Assembly (NCBI RefSeq): GCF_029504745.1
Contig: NZ_JAQFIQ010000005.1
Location: 30,001 to 62,000, forward strand
Direction of reading: 5' to 3'
Length of the DNA: 32,000 bases
From: Breznakia sp. PF5-3
GTDB taxonomy: Bacteria > Bacillota_I > Bacilli_A > Erysipelotrichales > Erysipelotrichaceae
A program made the position numbers and the translations under genes. Each line of letters begins with the position of its first letter. The stretch's first letter is position 1. Below the pieces are notes generated by a model. It was not told where the DNA came from and made no database searches. It was given only the letters and a program-made list of their open reading frames with translations. This document shows positions 16,081-24,648 of this stretch, piece after piece.

Positions 16081-18388
16081 CTTTACCACCTTTTAACGTT
16101 ACTACAGTTGCTCCTAACCCTCCTTCAAACTCACCACCTAAGCGGAAAGTTTTGACATATTTTTGCTTCTTCAACATCTCATGAATGGCACTACGAAGCG
16201 CTCCTGTACCACTACCATGGATAATCGTTACTGTATACATTTTATGATACAGCGCATTATCCAAATATTTTTCAACTACTGGCAAGGCTTCACTCACTCG
16301 CATTCCAATAACATTACATTCCATTTTAGGACGTGCTACAGAAGATGAAGAAGAGACACTAGCTACCTTTTTCTTCACTGGGCGGTGAGTATGTGTTAAA
16401 TCACTTACTTTTACATTCATACGCATACCATTTGTTGAGATAGTTGCTTTATTGCCTTTCAATGAAATTATTTCTCCTTGATATTGTAAGCCTTTTACTT
16501 TCACATAATCATGCAGAGCAAACGTCTCCACCACTTCTGGCAATGGATCCTCTTTCATAGTTTCAGTTTTTAATTTACTAACTGCCTCAATAATCTCATG
16601 CTCTTTTACCTGTTTCATAGAACGCAACTCATCAATTACCGATTTTGCTTGTTCCTTGGCATCATCAATTACTTGTTCTGCTTTTGCATATGCTTCTTTT
16701 AATAATTTATCTTGCGTTTCTTGTTGCTTTGCTTGGGTACTTATTAAGTTTTGTTTTTCTTTTTCTAACTGCTCTTGTTGATTTTTTAAAAGTGTTTGTT
16801 GATCCAGCAATTCCATACGATCTTTTTCAAGTTTTTCAATCAACCGCTCCTGATCCGAATAGCTTGCTTCTCTTAATTTATAAGCATATTCTAAAATCTC
16901 ATCTTTGATGTGATATCTTTTCGCAATCTCCAAAGCATTGGAATTTCCACTAAACCCACTCATATATTTGTAAGTAGGAGTCATCGTATCCAAATTAAAA
17001 CCTACACTTGACATTAATATTTCATCTTGAGTTTTCGCATATTCTTTTACTTTTGAATAATGGGTTGTCGCAACACTCATAATTTTATGTTCACGCAAAT
17101 ATTCTAAAATTGCGATTGCTAAGCATTCCCCTTCACTCGGGTCCGTTCCTGAACCAAGTTCATCTAATAATACTAAAGAACGAGAACTTGCTTTATTTAA
17201 AATCGTAGATAGTCTTGATAAGTGTGCAGAAAAGGTAGATAACGATTCCAAAATTGATTGAAAATCTCCAACATCCACAAACACATCATCAAAAAGAGGA
17301 ACGATTGCTTCCTCGCAAGGAATTGGCAAACCGCTCATTGTCATAATTGTAAACAAACCAATCGTTTTCAATGTAACCGTTTTTCCACCTGTGTTTGATC
17401 CACTAATTAATAAATGTCGATTTGGTGGTGCTATTTCATATGTATTTGATACTACTTTCTCTTCTTCTATCAAAGGATGGCGTGCATCTTTAAAATACAA
17501 CCGTGTTCCCTTTTCATTCAATTCACTATAGACTGCACCTAATTTATCTGCCCATTTAGCTTGAGCAAATAACGTATCTAATAAGGTATAAGTATCTAGA
17601 TTAGCTGCCAACTCATCCACATGAGGCATAATTAATAAGCATAGCTCTTTTAAAATTCGTTCAATTTCATTCTTCTCATTTGCTCGTAATGATTGCAAGC
17701 GATTATTTAATATCAAAAGCGCTTCAGGCTCAATATACACAGCCTGTCCAGATGCACTTTCATCATGAATAAACCCTTTAATTTTATGTTTATCACTACT
17801 CTTTACCAACAAAGTTGTTCGATTGTTACGTGTAGCTGTAATGTTTTCCATTAAAATACTACTATATTTGCTCATTATCTCACTTGTCTTCTTGGTGATT
17901 TCTTGTTCGCAATGATGAATGTTACGACGGATATCTGCTAATGCTGGCGTAGCATCATCACGCACTTCATAGTTGGCGTTGATTTTCTTTTCAATCGCTA
18001 CCTGAATAGCTGTATGGTCACTTAAAGAAGCTATTAAATCTTTAATGATCTCTGCTTCAATTTCAATCCTTTTTTTATAATTCTTCATATGTTGATAAGC
18101 ACCCATAAAGCTTGCAATATCAAAAAGTTCTTTGGTACTTACAATTTTACCTTTTCCAACATCTTTGAAAGTATTGTAAAAATCATGAATACCTGCAAAA
18201 ATTGGTGACTCATGATGTTTATATAATTTTAACGCCTGCTTTCCTCTTTCTAAATCGCGTTGCGCGATTAAATAATCAAAGACTGGCTGTTTCTCTTGTA
18301 TCGCTTTTTTTGATAGTGAAAATGAGCAATGTTTAACAATTGCTTCTTTTACTACCTCAAAATCTAATCCTTCGTATTGTTCTATCAT
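16073..18388 (-). CDS. mutS2: Endonuclease MutS2 (MutS domain V plus C-terminal Smr)
   Basis: The product has the Walker A ISGSNTGGKTVTLK, LLDELGSGTDPSEG, a coiled-coil middle region and an Smr domain (...CNVIGMRVSEAL...IIHGSGTGALR...). Confidence 0.95.
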   Translation of the reverse strand: MIEQYEGLDFEVVKEAIVKHCSFSLSKKAIQEKQPVFDYLIAQRDLERGKQALKLYKHHESPIFAGIHDFYNTFKDVGKGKIVSTKELFDIASFMGAYQHMKNYKKRIEIEAEIIKDLIASLSDHTAIQVAIEKKINANYEVRDDATPALADIRRNIHHCEQEITKKTSEIMSKYSSILMENITATRNNRTTLLVKSSDKHKIKGFIHDESASGQAVYIEPEALLILNNRLQSLRANEKNEIERILKELCLLIMPHVDELAANLDTYTLLDTLFAQAKWADKLGAVYSELNEKGTRLYFKDARHPLIEEEKVVSNTYEIAPPNRHLLISGSNTGGKTVTLKTIGLFTIMTMSGLPIPCEEAIVPLFDDVFVDVGDFQSILESLSTFSAHLSRLSTILNKASSRSLVLLDELGSGTDPSEGECLAIAILEYLREHKIMSVATTHYSKVKEYAKTQDEILMSSVGFNLDTMTPTYKYMSGFSGNSNALEIAKRYHIKDEILEYAYKLREASYSDQERLIEKLEKDRMELLDQQTLLKNQQEQLEKEKQNLISTQAKQQETQDKLLKEAYAKAEQVIDDAKEQAKSVIDELRSMKQVKEHEIIEAVSKLKTETMKEDPLPEVVETFALHDYVKVKGLQYQGEIISLKGNKATISTNGMRMNVKVSDLTHTHRPVKKKVASVSSSSSVARPKMECNVIGMRVSEALPVVEKYLDNALYHKMYTVTIIHGSGTGALRSAIHEMLKKQKYVKTFRLGGEFEGGLGATVVTLKGGKDG

Positions 18389-18400
18389 ATATTCTCCAAA

Positions 18401-19003
18401 TTATTGTTCTATCAATGTTTCCCAATCAAAATTACCATCTTCTCTAGCTTTATCAACCGTATCAAACACTTGTAATACATTTTTAGCAATTGGTACATGT
18501 TCACCAATCATGGTACGTATAGGAATTAACCCTGCCTTATCCAAAGCTACTTTACCATTACTAAATATAGGGCTAGAAATAAAGACAATGATAATGATTG
18601 TATAAATTAATCCTTTACAAAAGGCTAAAACACTTCCCAGCACTTGATTAACACTACCAACGAGTGTAAGCTTATTTAGCTTTCTTATATATCCTCGTGC
18701 AATTCTTAATAAAATATTGACAACAACAAATAGAAGTCCAAACCAAGCCATCCGATTAGCTAATTCAACTACCAGTTTATCAAGCGTTGTAATACCTGTA
18801 TTAAGTAAAGATGCAGGCACTAGTAAAAAAACATCTTTCATCACATCCGAAAGCCACCAACCAATACATACACAAAGTAATAAGGATATCGTAATAATCG
18901 CTTCTAAAACCAAACCATTACGGTATCCCTTCCAAATATAATATACCAGCATGATAACAATACCAATCGTTATCAAAATACTAAATTGTAAAGGAAATTC
19001 CAT
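18401..19003 (-). CDS. cvpA: CvpA-family membrane protein
   Basis: The product has 4-5 TM helices with ...YYIWKGYRNGLVLE... after TM1, as in CvpA. It sits in the conserved position upstream of mutS2. The ATG at 19003 follows GAGGTG-N4; the track start at 19036 adds 11 residues. Confidence 0.75.
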   Translation of the reverse strand: MEFPLQFSILITIGIVIMLVYYIWKGYRNGLVLEAIITISLLLCVCIGWWLSDVMKDVFLLVPASLLNTGITTLDKLVVELANRMAWFGLLFVVVNILLRIARGYIRKLNKLTLVGSVNQVLGSVLAFCKGLIYTIIIIVFISSPIFSNGKVALDKAGLIPIRTMIGEHVPIAKNVLQVFDTVDKAREDGNFDWETLIEQ

Positions 19004-19064
19004 AGCCCACCTCATATTTATTTTAAAGTAAACCATAGGTTAATGCAACTTTCAAACAGATTTA

Positions 19065-19073
19065 TGATAAAAT
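19065..19073 (+). promoter_or_regulatory. Extended -10 element (TGaTAAAAT) upstream of rnhC
   Basis: The sequence tttaTGATAAAATgaaaccGAGGTGtttttATG lies ahead of rnhC. The -35 (TGCAAC, 18-nt spacer) is weak. Confidence 0.3.
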
Positions 19074-19090
19074 GAAACCGAGGTGTTTTT

Positions 19091-19969
19091 ATGACGATTA
19101 CAAAGGTATATACAAAAGCTGAGATTGAACGACTGTATGCTTCTTTAAGTGCAGGGAAAGTTTGTAAAACTCCCCCTTATGCACTTTTCCAAATTCGTAT
19201 GAGTGATTGTGTAATCACTGCCTATGAATCTTTAAAAGTTGTCTTTCAAGGTGAAGGTGCTGCTTTTTACAGTGGTGTTGTTGAGCCACAAGCAAGCAAA
19301 GAAGAAACGCTTACCTCAACATATCCACAAGCAGGAAGTGATGAGGTCGGTACTGGAGATTATTTTGGTCCTGTTGTTGTCTGCGCTGCCTATGTAGAAA
19401 AAAAAGATTTAGAATTGCTATCAACGTTTCATATTCAAGATTCAAAGCAAATTAAAGATGAAGATATTTTAAAAATTGCACCCGTTTTAATCGATACTTT
19501 AAAATTCAGTATTCTAATTTTAAATAATACCAAATACAATCAAGTGCATGAACACAATAACATGAACCAAATTAAAGCAAAGTTACATAATCAAGCTTTC
19601 TTAAATTTAAAGAAAAAATTCAACTTACAACTAGATACCATCTATGTTGATCAATTTACCCCACCTAAAAATTATTTTCGTTACTTGAGTGGTGAAGCAG
19701 ATGTTGTTGAAAACATCCATTTTGAAACTAAAGCTGAAAGTAAATATATTAGTGTAGCCTGTGCTTCTATCATTGCTCGTTATTATTTTTTAAATACGCT
19801 GGCAAAAATGAGTGAGAAATACGATTTTCCATTCCCTAAAGGAGCTGGTGCACACGTCGATGAAGCAGGAAGAAAATTTATAGACATGTATAGTGAAAAC
19901 GAATTATTACATGTTAGCAAATTCCATTTTGCCAATACAAAAAAAATATTGAATGAAGAAACCCTTTGA
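19091..19969 (+). CDS. rnhC: Ribonuclease HIII
   Basis: An N-terminal TBP-like domain is followed by an RNase HII/HIII fold with GSDEVGTGDYFGPVVV and ...DSK... motifs. The length of 292 aa also fits. Confidence 0.9.
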   Translation: MTITKVYTKAEIERLYASLSAGKVCKTPPYALFQIRMSDCVITAYESLKVVFQGEGAAFYSGVVEPQASKEETLTSTYPQAGSDEVGTGDYFGPVVVCAAYVEKKDLELLSTFHIQDSKQIKDEDILKIAPVLIDTLKFSILILNNTKYNQVHEHNNMNQIKAKLHNQAFLNLKKKFNLQLDTIYVDQFTPPKNYFRYLSGEADVVENIHFETKAESKYISVACASIIARYYFLNTLAKMSEKYDFPFPKGAGAHVDEAGRKFIDMYSENELLHVSKFHFANTKKILNEETL

Positions 19970-19987
19970 TAACAAAGGGCTTTTTTT
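19962..19987. terminator. Terminator shared by convergent rnhC and the 154-aa gene
   Basis: The stem CCCTTTG / CAAAGGG (7 bp) has an ATAA loop and is followed by CTTTTTTT on the plus strand. It overlaps the rnhC stop. The U-tract is weaker on the minus strand. Confidence 0.65.
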
Positions 19988-20450
19988 ATGAGAATTTAGT
20001 TTTAAAAAAATTTAAGAAAGCATTGGCATCATCTTCTTGTTTTACGCAAAGGACGACTTCATCTGGGTCTTGATTCAGCATTTCTTGGACTGTAAAGGTA
20101 ATGTATTTTTTAGGAAATTTATTAGCATGAATTCTTATCTCCTTAGAGAACATTGCAATTTTTGCTTTTTTTACTTCATCATGTTTTACATAAATAGGAT
20201 CCCCATATGCACTTAAATCTCGATCAATTGGTAAAATGACAATTTCATTTGCATCCTCATCAAAACCAATTGCATAACTTGCATATGTGTATGTCGTTTG
20301 TCTTACAACGATAAAATTCATCATTCCTACATCCACACCACAACCATAAACAACACGGAAGCGATTCGCATCTTCAATCACATTTGAAAATAATGCTTTC
20401 ATTTTTTCAACATTCTCTAAACATACTTCATCACTTATCTTTTTTGCCAT
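19986..20450 (-). CDS. Hypothetical cytoplasmic protein, 154 aa
   Basis: This clean ORF has AGAGGTG-N6-ATG. There is no signal peptide or TM and no motif I can name. The central beta-rich segment could be a bacterial PH-like fold, but that is a guess. Confidence 0.6.
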   Translation of the reverse strand: MAKKISDEVCLENVEKMKALFSNVIEDANRFRVVYGCGVDVGMMNFIVVRQTTYTYASYAIGFDEDANEIVILPIDRDLSAYGDPIYVKHDEVKKAKIAMFSKEIRIHANKFPKKYITFTVQEMLNQDPDEVVLCVKQEDDANAFLNFFKTKFS

Positions 20451-20471
20451 TGTTTCACCTCTATATTTAAA

Positions 20472-20480
20472 AGTATAGCA
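20472..20480 (-). promoter_or_regulatory. Extended -10 element (TGcTATACT) for the 154-aa gene
   Basis: The minus strand reads aaataTGCTATACTtttaaatatAGAGGTGaaacaATG. Confidence 0.35.
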
Positions 20481-20586
20481 TATTTAATTACATATAAAAA
20501 CGAGCAAATGAATGGCATAAAATTATGTTAATGCTAAGATATAAGCAAGGACGGGAAAGGTCCTCGTAAAGAAGGAGGAATTTATT

Positions 20587-20913
20587 ATGGAAGACTTTAA
20601 AACAAAAATGGAAGAAGTAAAGGAAAGCGTTAGCAAAGAAGCTGAAAAAATCGGTGGAAAAGCTAAGGAAAAAGGAAAAGAATTAAAAGATGACATAAAA
20701 GAAGTTGCTGATAAAGTTAGTGATGAAGCAAACAATTTAAAAGATAAGGTTGTTGAAAAAGCAGATGCTTTGAGTGACAAAATGAAAAGCGAAAGTAAGA
20801 CAGTAAAAAAAGATGCGAAACATACAAAAAAAGACGTGAAAAGTAAAGCATCAAAAACAAATAAAAAAGTCCATACCAAAGCAAAAGAAGTTTCTAACAG
20901 AGCAAGTCATTAA
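20587..20913 (+). CDS. Small hydrophilic K/E/D-rich protein (LEA/YtxH/general-stress-like)
   Basis: The 108-aa product has no TM and repeated amphipathic K-x-x-E/D periodicity (...KEAEKIGGKAKEKGKELKDDIKEVADKVSDEANNLKDKVVEKADALSDK...). A strong GAAGGAGGA SD precedes it. Confidence 0.7.
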   Translation: MEDFKTKMEEVKESVSKEAEKIGGKAKEKGKELKDDIKEVADKVSDEANNLKDKVVEKADALSDKMKSESKTVKKDAKHTKKDVKSKASKTNKKVHTKAKEVSNRASH

Positions 20914-20942
20914 AGAATGGAAGATGGAAAGGAGATAATCGT

Positions 20943-21197
20943 ATGTTAAGTTTTATTTGGTCATTGATTATCGGTGGCATCATTGGTGCTATAGCAGGAT
21001 TTATCCTAGGTAAAGGAACTCCTGCTGGAATCATTGGAAATATTATCTTCGGATTTATTGGAAGTTGGGTAGGTACATCCTTATTTGGTAACTGGGGTCC
21101 AGTCATCGGAGGATTTGCATTTGTACCAGCACTTATTGGTGCTATCTTAACAATTGCCGTGTACTCATTCTTCTTTAGAAGAAGTGAACAACATTAA
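20943..21197 (+). CDS. GlsB/YeaQ/YmgE family (transglycosylase-associated) stress membrane protein
   Basis: The 84-aa product has three Gly-rich TM helices (IIGGIIGAIAGFILGKG...GNIIFGFIGSWVG...). A GGAAAGGAG SD precedes it. Confidence 0.85.
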   Translation: MLSFIWSLIIGGIIGAIAGFILGKGTPAGIIGNIIFGFIGSWVGTSLFGNWGPVIGGFAFVPALIGAILTIAVYSFFFRRSEQH

Positions 21198-21201
21198 ATA
21201 G

Positions 21202-21237
21202 CAAAAGCTTCTCAATTATATGATGAGAAGCTTTTTT
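21202..21237. terminator. Bidirectional rho-independent terminator between the stress pair and the GH3 gene
   Basis: The stem AAAAGCTTCTCA / TGAGAAGCTTTT (12 bp) has a 9-nt loop. A T-run follows on the plus strand and TTTTGCTATTT follows on the minus strand. Confidence 0.75.
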
Positions 21238-21265
21238 TATGCCTATATTCTATCAAAAATATTTA

Positions 21266-24169
21266 TTATACTCTTGCTCTTTTTCTTTTCGCTAAGATAC
21301 CTGCAGCAACTAAGAATGCAAGGATACCCGCCATTGCATATCCACCAAAGTCAGTAGTGTCCCCTGTGTTTGTTCCACTTCCTGCTCCTGTAGATGTAGA
21401 TGCAGATGAACCTGCAGCAACTACTCCTTTTACGGTAATAGTTTCTTTTGTAGAACCTGATGTTGCAGTAAATGTTACATCAAATTCACCACCTGCTTTT
21501 CCAGCTTTTTTAATTGCTGCCACTTGTGCAGCATCAACGCTGATATCCACTGGTTCATTTGCTCTTGCTCTTGTTTTCGTCCATTTTGCATTCGCTCCAG
21601 CTTTTTTAATTAATATTTCAGCTGTTACTTTGCTAGCTTCATCATTGTTTAACTTGAAGTTATTAGCATTGATTACTAACTTATCAATAAGCGTTGTAGG
21701 TCTACTTGGATTATATGTAGCAACACGATCATCATCAATCAATCCTGCCCAATTTAATCCATAAGCTACATCATATGTATTTCCTTGTGTATCTAAATAA
21801 GGAATTACATCTTCCCCTACATCTTCAAGGTTTGCTTCTACTGTATCCATATCTCTTGGGAATTGCATTGGTAGCAATCCTTTTGGCTCATGATTACCAT
21901 TGATAACGTCATGAATTGCTGCATCACTTACTGAGAATCCAACCACAATTGCATCTACTTTATCTTCAAATTCAGATACGATTGCAGGACCACTTGCGTT
22001 CATTGCAACAACAATTGGAATATCTTTTCCTGTTTTTTCTACTGCTTCTACCGCATTCAATACGATATCTAAATCATGAGAATTAATTAAACGTGATGTT
22101 TCTCCATAGTAAGATCTATTTTCTTTTGATCCATCATCCAATGTATCTCCAGCAATTGATTCTTTTCTTACATTCTCACCATCTGCTACATAATCACCAT
22201 ATTGTAATGATAATGGATAGTATCCATAGCTTCCATCGTCTTTTGTATAGCGACCTGTATTAGAGAATAATCCTCCATTCATAGGAGAACGAATTCCAAC
22301 GATTACTTTATCTACACCTGTTAAATCAGGTACTGTATAACCATCTGTATCATTACCATTATCTGTAATTACTTCTCCATAGATTGAACGTGCTACATCT
22401 AAATTCATTGAAGGAGCCCATCCAGCAGGTGTGCTACCAAAGATACCAGGTTGTTCTTTTGTGTAAACCATTGGAATATATACTTTCATACTCTTAGGAT
22501 CTTTTTCATTGTTAGCAGCTGCTTGAATTGTATTGTCTGCATTTTTCAACATAACAATAGAATCTAATTGTGCATTATATCCTGCTTGCATTTTTTCTGC
22601 ATTTCCAGCAGATGCTTCAGATGCTGCAACATCTAAGTATGGATTTTCAAACATACCAGGTTGCATTGTAAGTTTAATCAAGCGTTTTGCTGAAGTTGCA
22701 AAACGGTTGTCTGCCCATGCTTTTCCTTTTTCACTAACCATTCGGTTATAAGATAATACAATTGGTTCAGCATTGTTGTTTCCACCAAACATATCTGTTC
22801 CTGCCATTAATATTTCATAATGACGATCTGCTGTTGAAAGTGCTTCAGCACCCCATGCCATACCAAATCCTCCAAAGCTAGTTACACCCCAGTCAGTACA
22901 TACAACACCATCAAATCCAATTTTATCAGTATCTCTTAATAAGCTCATTTTTGCGATATTGTACGCAGAACCTACAAGTTGATCGCCAAATTGTGAATTT
23001 CCATCAGCATCAACACCAATTGAATATGATGTCATAACAGCAGTTGCAGAACCTGTTTTTCCATTTAATTTCATTCCACCTTCAGTGAAAGGAAGTAAAT
23101 GTTCATCATAATTTCCACCAGGGTAAACCGCATATTTTCCAGCTGCTGTATGTGATTCACGACCACCTTCACCAGCACCATCACCAGGGAAATGCTTAAT
23201 CATAGCATTGATAGAGTCTGAACCCCATCCTAAATCATTTCCAGCACCATCATAAGATGATTGTGAACCATCAACATATGCTTGAGCCATAGCCGTTGCC
23301 AATGCTGTGTTTTCACCAAATGTTCCTCCTACACGAAGCCATCTAGGTTCGGTAGCTAAGTCTATTTGTGGTCCTAAAGCTGTAACAATTCCCATTGCAC
23401 GATATTCAGCTGATGTAGCTTTAGCAAAGTTGTACATATGTTCTGTACTAAACGTTGCAGCCATTCCTAGGTTTGAAGGCCAAGCTGAAATATCTGAACC
23501 TTCTGCAGCACTTGAATACAAGTCCCCAGAACCAGCAGTTGATCTTGGATCAGAACTAAAGTCCACTGGAACATTAAAATCACTTGTTTCAACAAACGCT
23601 TGCATTGCATTTGTCCAACCCACGGAATCACTTACATCATTACCAGCAGCATCCGTAATATTACGAACATAGCTATCTGTCAAATATTTTTTTTGTGATT
23701 GTGTCAATCCAGCTTTACTATTTGATTCATGACTACTAAATAACATCAATCCAGCAATCTTTTTGATACCATCAGGATCTGTTGTTACTAAGTAATTTGC
23801 TAAAGCCTCAGCTCTTGTATCAACATCAAGACGCCAGTCTTCATAAGCATCTAAAGAACCATTTTTATTCATATCTTTAAAAGCATATGTATAATCGCCA
23901 TCTACTTCTTCTAAGATATATTTATTCTTTCCATCTGTACCATCTGTATTGTGAAGGATTCCTAAAATAGGACCATTGTTTGGGTTTGTTACAAAATCAA
24001 CTTTTGTAGTTCCTTCAGCACTTTCGTTAATGGTATGGATGTCCTTTGTTTCTACTGTATATTTTATTTCACCAGCTGCTGAAACAGCAGAAGGGACAGT
24101 AGCAAATACACCTATTGCAGCACTCGCTGCCAATATTCCCTTAAATATTCTTGAACTATTCTTTTTCAT
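21266..24169 (-). CDS. Secreted, C-terminally anchored glycoside hydrolase family 3 enzyme
   Basis: The product has a signal peptide (…VPSAVSA/AG) and GH3 motifs (KHFPGDGAGEGGRESH, GFDGVVCTDWGV with the nucleophile Asp). At the C-terminus it has a ~86-aa module, an S/T/G stalk, a hydrophobic helix and KRKRARV. The substrate (beta-glucoside, xyloside or HexNAc) is not assignable. Confidence 0.9.
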   Translation of the reverse strand: MKKNSSRIFKGILAASAAIGVFATVPSAVSAAGEIKYTVETKDIHTINESAEGTTKVDFVTNPNNGPILGILHNTDGTDGKNKYILEEVDGDYTYAFKDMNKNGSLDAYEDWRLDVDTRAEALANYLVTTDPDGIKKIAGLMLFSSHESNSKAGLTQSQKKYLTDSYVRNITDAAGNDVSDSVGWTNAMQAFVETSDFNVPVDFSSDPRSTAGSGDLYSSAAEGSDISAWPSNLGMAATFSTEHMYNFAKATSAEYRAMGIVTALGPQIDLATEPRWLRVGGTFGENTALATAMAQAYVDGSQSSYDGAGNDLGWGSDSINAMIKHFPGDGAGEGGRESHTAAGKYAVYPGGNYDEHLLPFTEGGMKLNGKTGSATAVMTSYSIGVDADGNSQFGDQLVGSAYNIAKMSLLRDTDKIGFDGVVCTDWGVTSFGGFGMAWGAEALSTADRHYEILMAGTDMFGGNNNAEPIVLSYNRMVSEKGKAWADNRFATSAKRLIKLTMQPGMFENPYLDVAASEASAGNAEKMQAGYNAQLDSIVMLKNADNTIQAAANNEKDPKSMKVYIPMVYTKEQPGIFGSTPAGWAPSMNLDVARSIYGEVITDNGNDTDGYTVPDLTGVDKVIVGIRSPMNGGLFSNTGRYTKDDGSYGYYPLSLQYGDYVADGENVRKESIAGDTLDDGSKENRSYYGETSRLINSHDLDIVLNAVEAVEKTGKDIPIVVAMNASGPAIVSEFEDKVDAIVVGFSVSDAAIHDVINGNHEPKGLLPMQFPRDMDTVEANLEDVGEDVIPYLDTQGNTYDVAYGLNWAGLIDDDRVATYNPSRPTTLIDKLVINANNFKLNNDEASKVTAEILIKKAGANAKWTKTRARANEPVDISVDAAQVAAIKKAGKAGGEFDVTFTATSGSTKETITVKGVVAAGSSASTSTGAGSGTNTGDTTDFGGYAMAGILAFLVAAGILAKRKRARV

Positions 24170-24412
24170 TTTATTCCTCTACTTTCATTTTTTAACCTTA
24201 TTTGTCAAATTTAAAATTCTTGTCTTAAATACCTTCCCATGTTTAATTGTTATTAAACTTTTTGCTATCCACTAATACTTAAATACAAATCTCTTTGAAA
24301 GCTGAGGTTTGGCCAACTTAATGTCACCATCCAAAAAAATTATAAATCGATACAAATCTCCTCCTTTCTTATATCAACACATCCTTTGATGTTATGACCA
24401 TTTTACTATGTC

Positions 24413-24461
24413 AAATAAAAAACCTATTCACGATTATTATAAAAACAATCGTAAATAGGTT
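24413..24461 (-). terminator. Strong rho-independent terminator inside the long intergenic tract
   Basis: The minus strand reads AACCTATTTACGATT - 11-nt loop - AATCGTGAATAGGTT (15 bp, 1 mismatch) followed by TTTTATTT. There is no T-run on the plus strand. Confidence 0.7.
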
Positions 24462-24620
24462 TAGCTTGTATTACAAATTGATTCCTTCAACAAATCTGTA
24501 GAAACAATCACTATCCACTTTACAATTCTAATGTTAGCATAGCCAAACATTGAATGCAAGCGGTTTCAGATTTTATTTTTATCACTTGAATTTGATATAA
24601 AATTCTTATATATTACAAAC

Positions 24621-24648
24621 CAAAAAATACTAAACTTCGGTTTTTAGT
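24621..24648 (-). terminator. Weak hairpin plus U-tract immediately after the S-component gene
   Basis: The minus strand reads ACTAAAAAC-CGAA-GTTTAGT (4+3 bp with a 2-nt bulge) followed by ATTTTTTG, 4 nt after the stop at 24652. Confidence 0.3.

Noticed and set aside
20535-20570. SigB-type promoter (GTTAAT ... GGGAAA) upstream of the K/E-rich stress-like gene
   Set aside because: The spacer between the two elements is about 20 nt, versus the 12-15 nt required for the GTTTAA-N12-15-GGGTAT consensus. The GGGAAA is also part of a small AGGAC/GTCCT hairpin.
20523-20879. 118-aa minus-strand ORF (S/F/L-rich, looks like a membrane protein)
   Set aside because: It is exactly antisense to the K/E-rich 108-aa gene, which has a strong SD (GAAGGAGGA) and an operon partner. 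The hydrophobic appearance is a compositional artefact of the complement strand.
21357-24275. Plus-strand ORFs 21357..21764, 22533..22751, 23307..23672 and 23976..24275
   Set aside because: All lie antisense within the GH3 gene, whose frame carries signal peptide, GH3 catalytic motifs and anchor. The antisense products have no SDs or motifs.
24306-24332. RAT-like element (BglG/LicT-type antiterminator target) in the GH3 leader: minus strand GGATGGTGACATTAAGTTGGCCAAACC versus the consensus GGATTGTTACTG...CAGGCAAAACC
   Set aside because: Only the outer GGAT...CAAACC arms match. The inner stem needs two G.U pairs. No overlapping terminator hairpin plus U-tract follows, and no BglG-family antiterminator or PTS gene is nearby.
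24272-24550. Two small ORFs (27 and 29 codons) considered as type I toxin or leader peptides
   Set aside because: Neither has a hydrophobic stretch of about 20 residues expected of type I toxins. One lacks any SD and the other has sub-optimal SD-to-TTG spacing. They are kept only as items to test within the intergenic-tract finding, not as gene calls.
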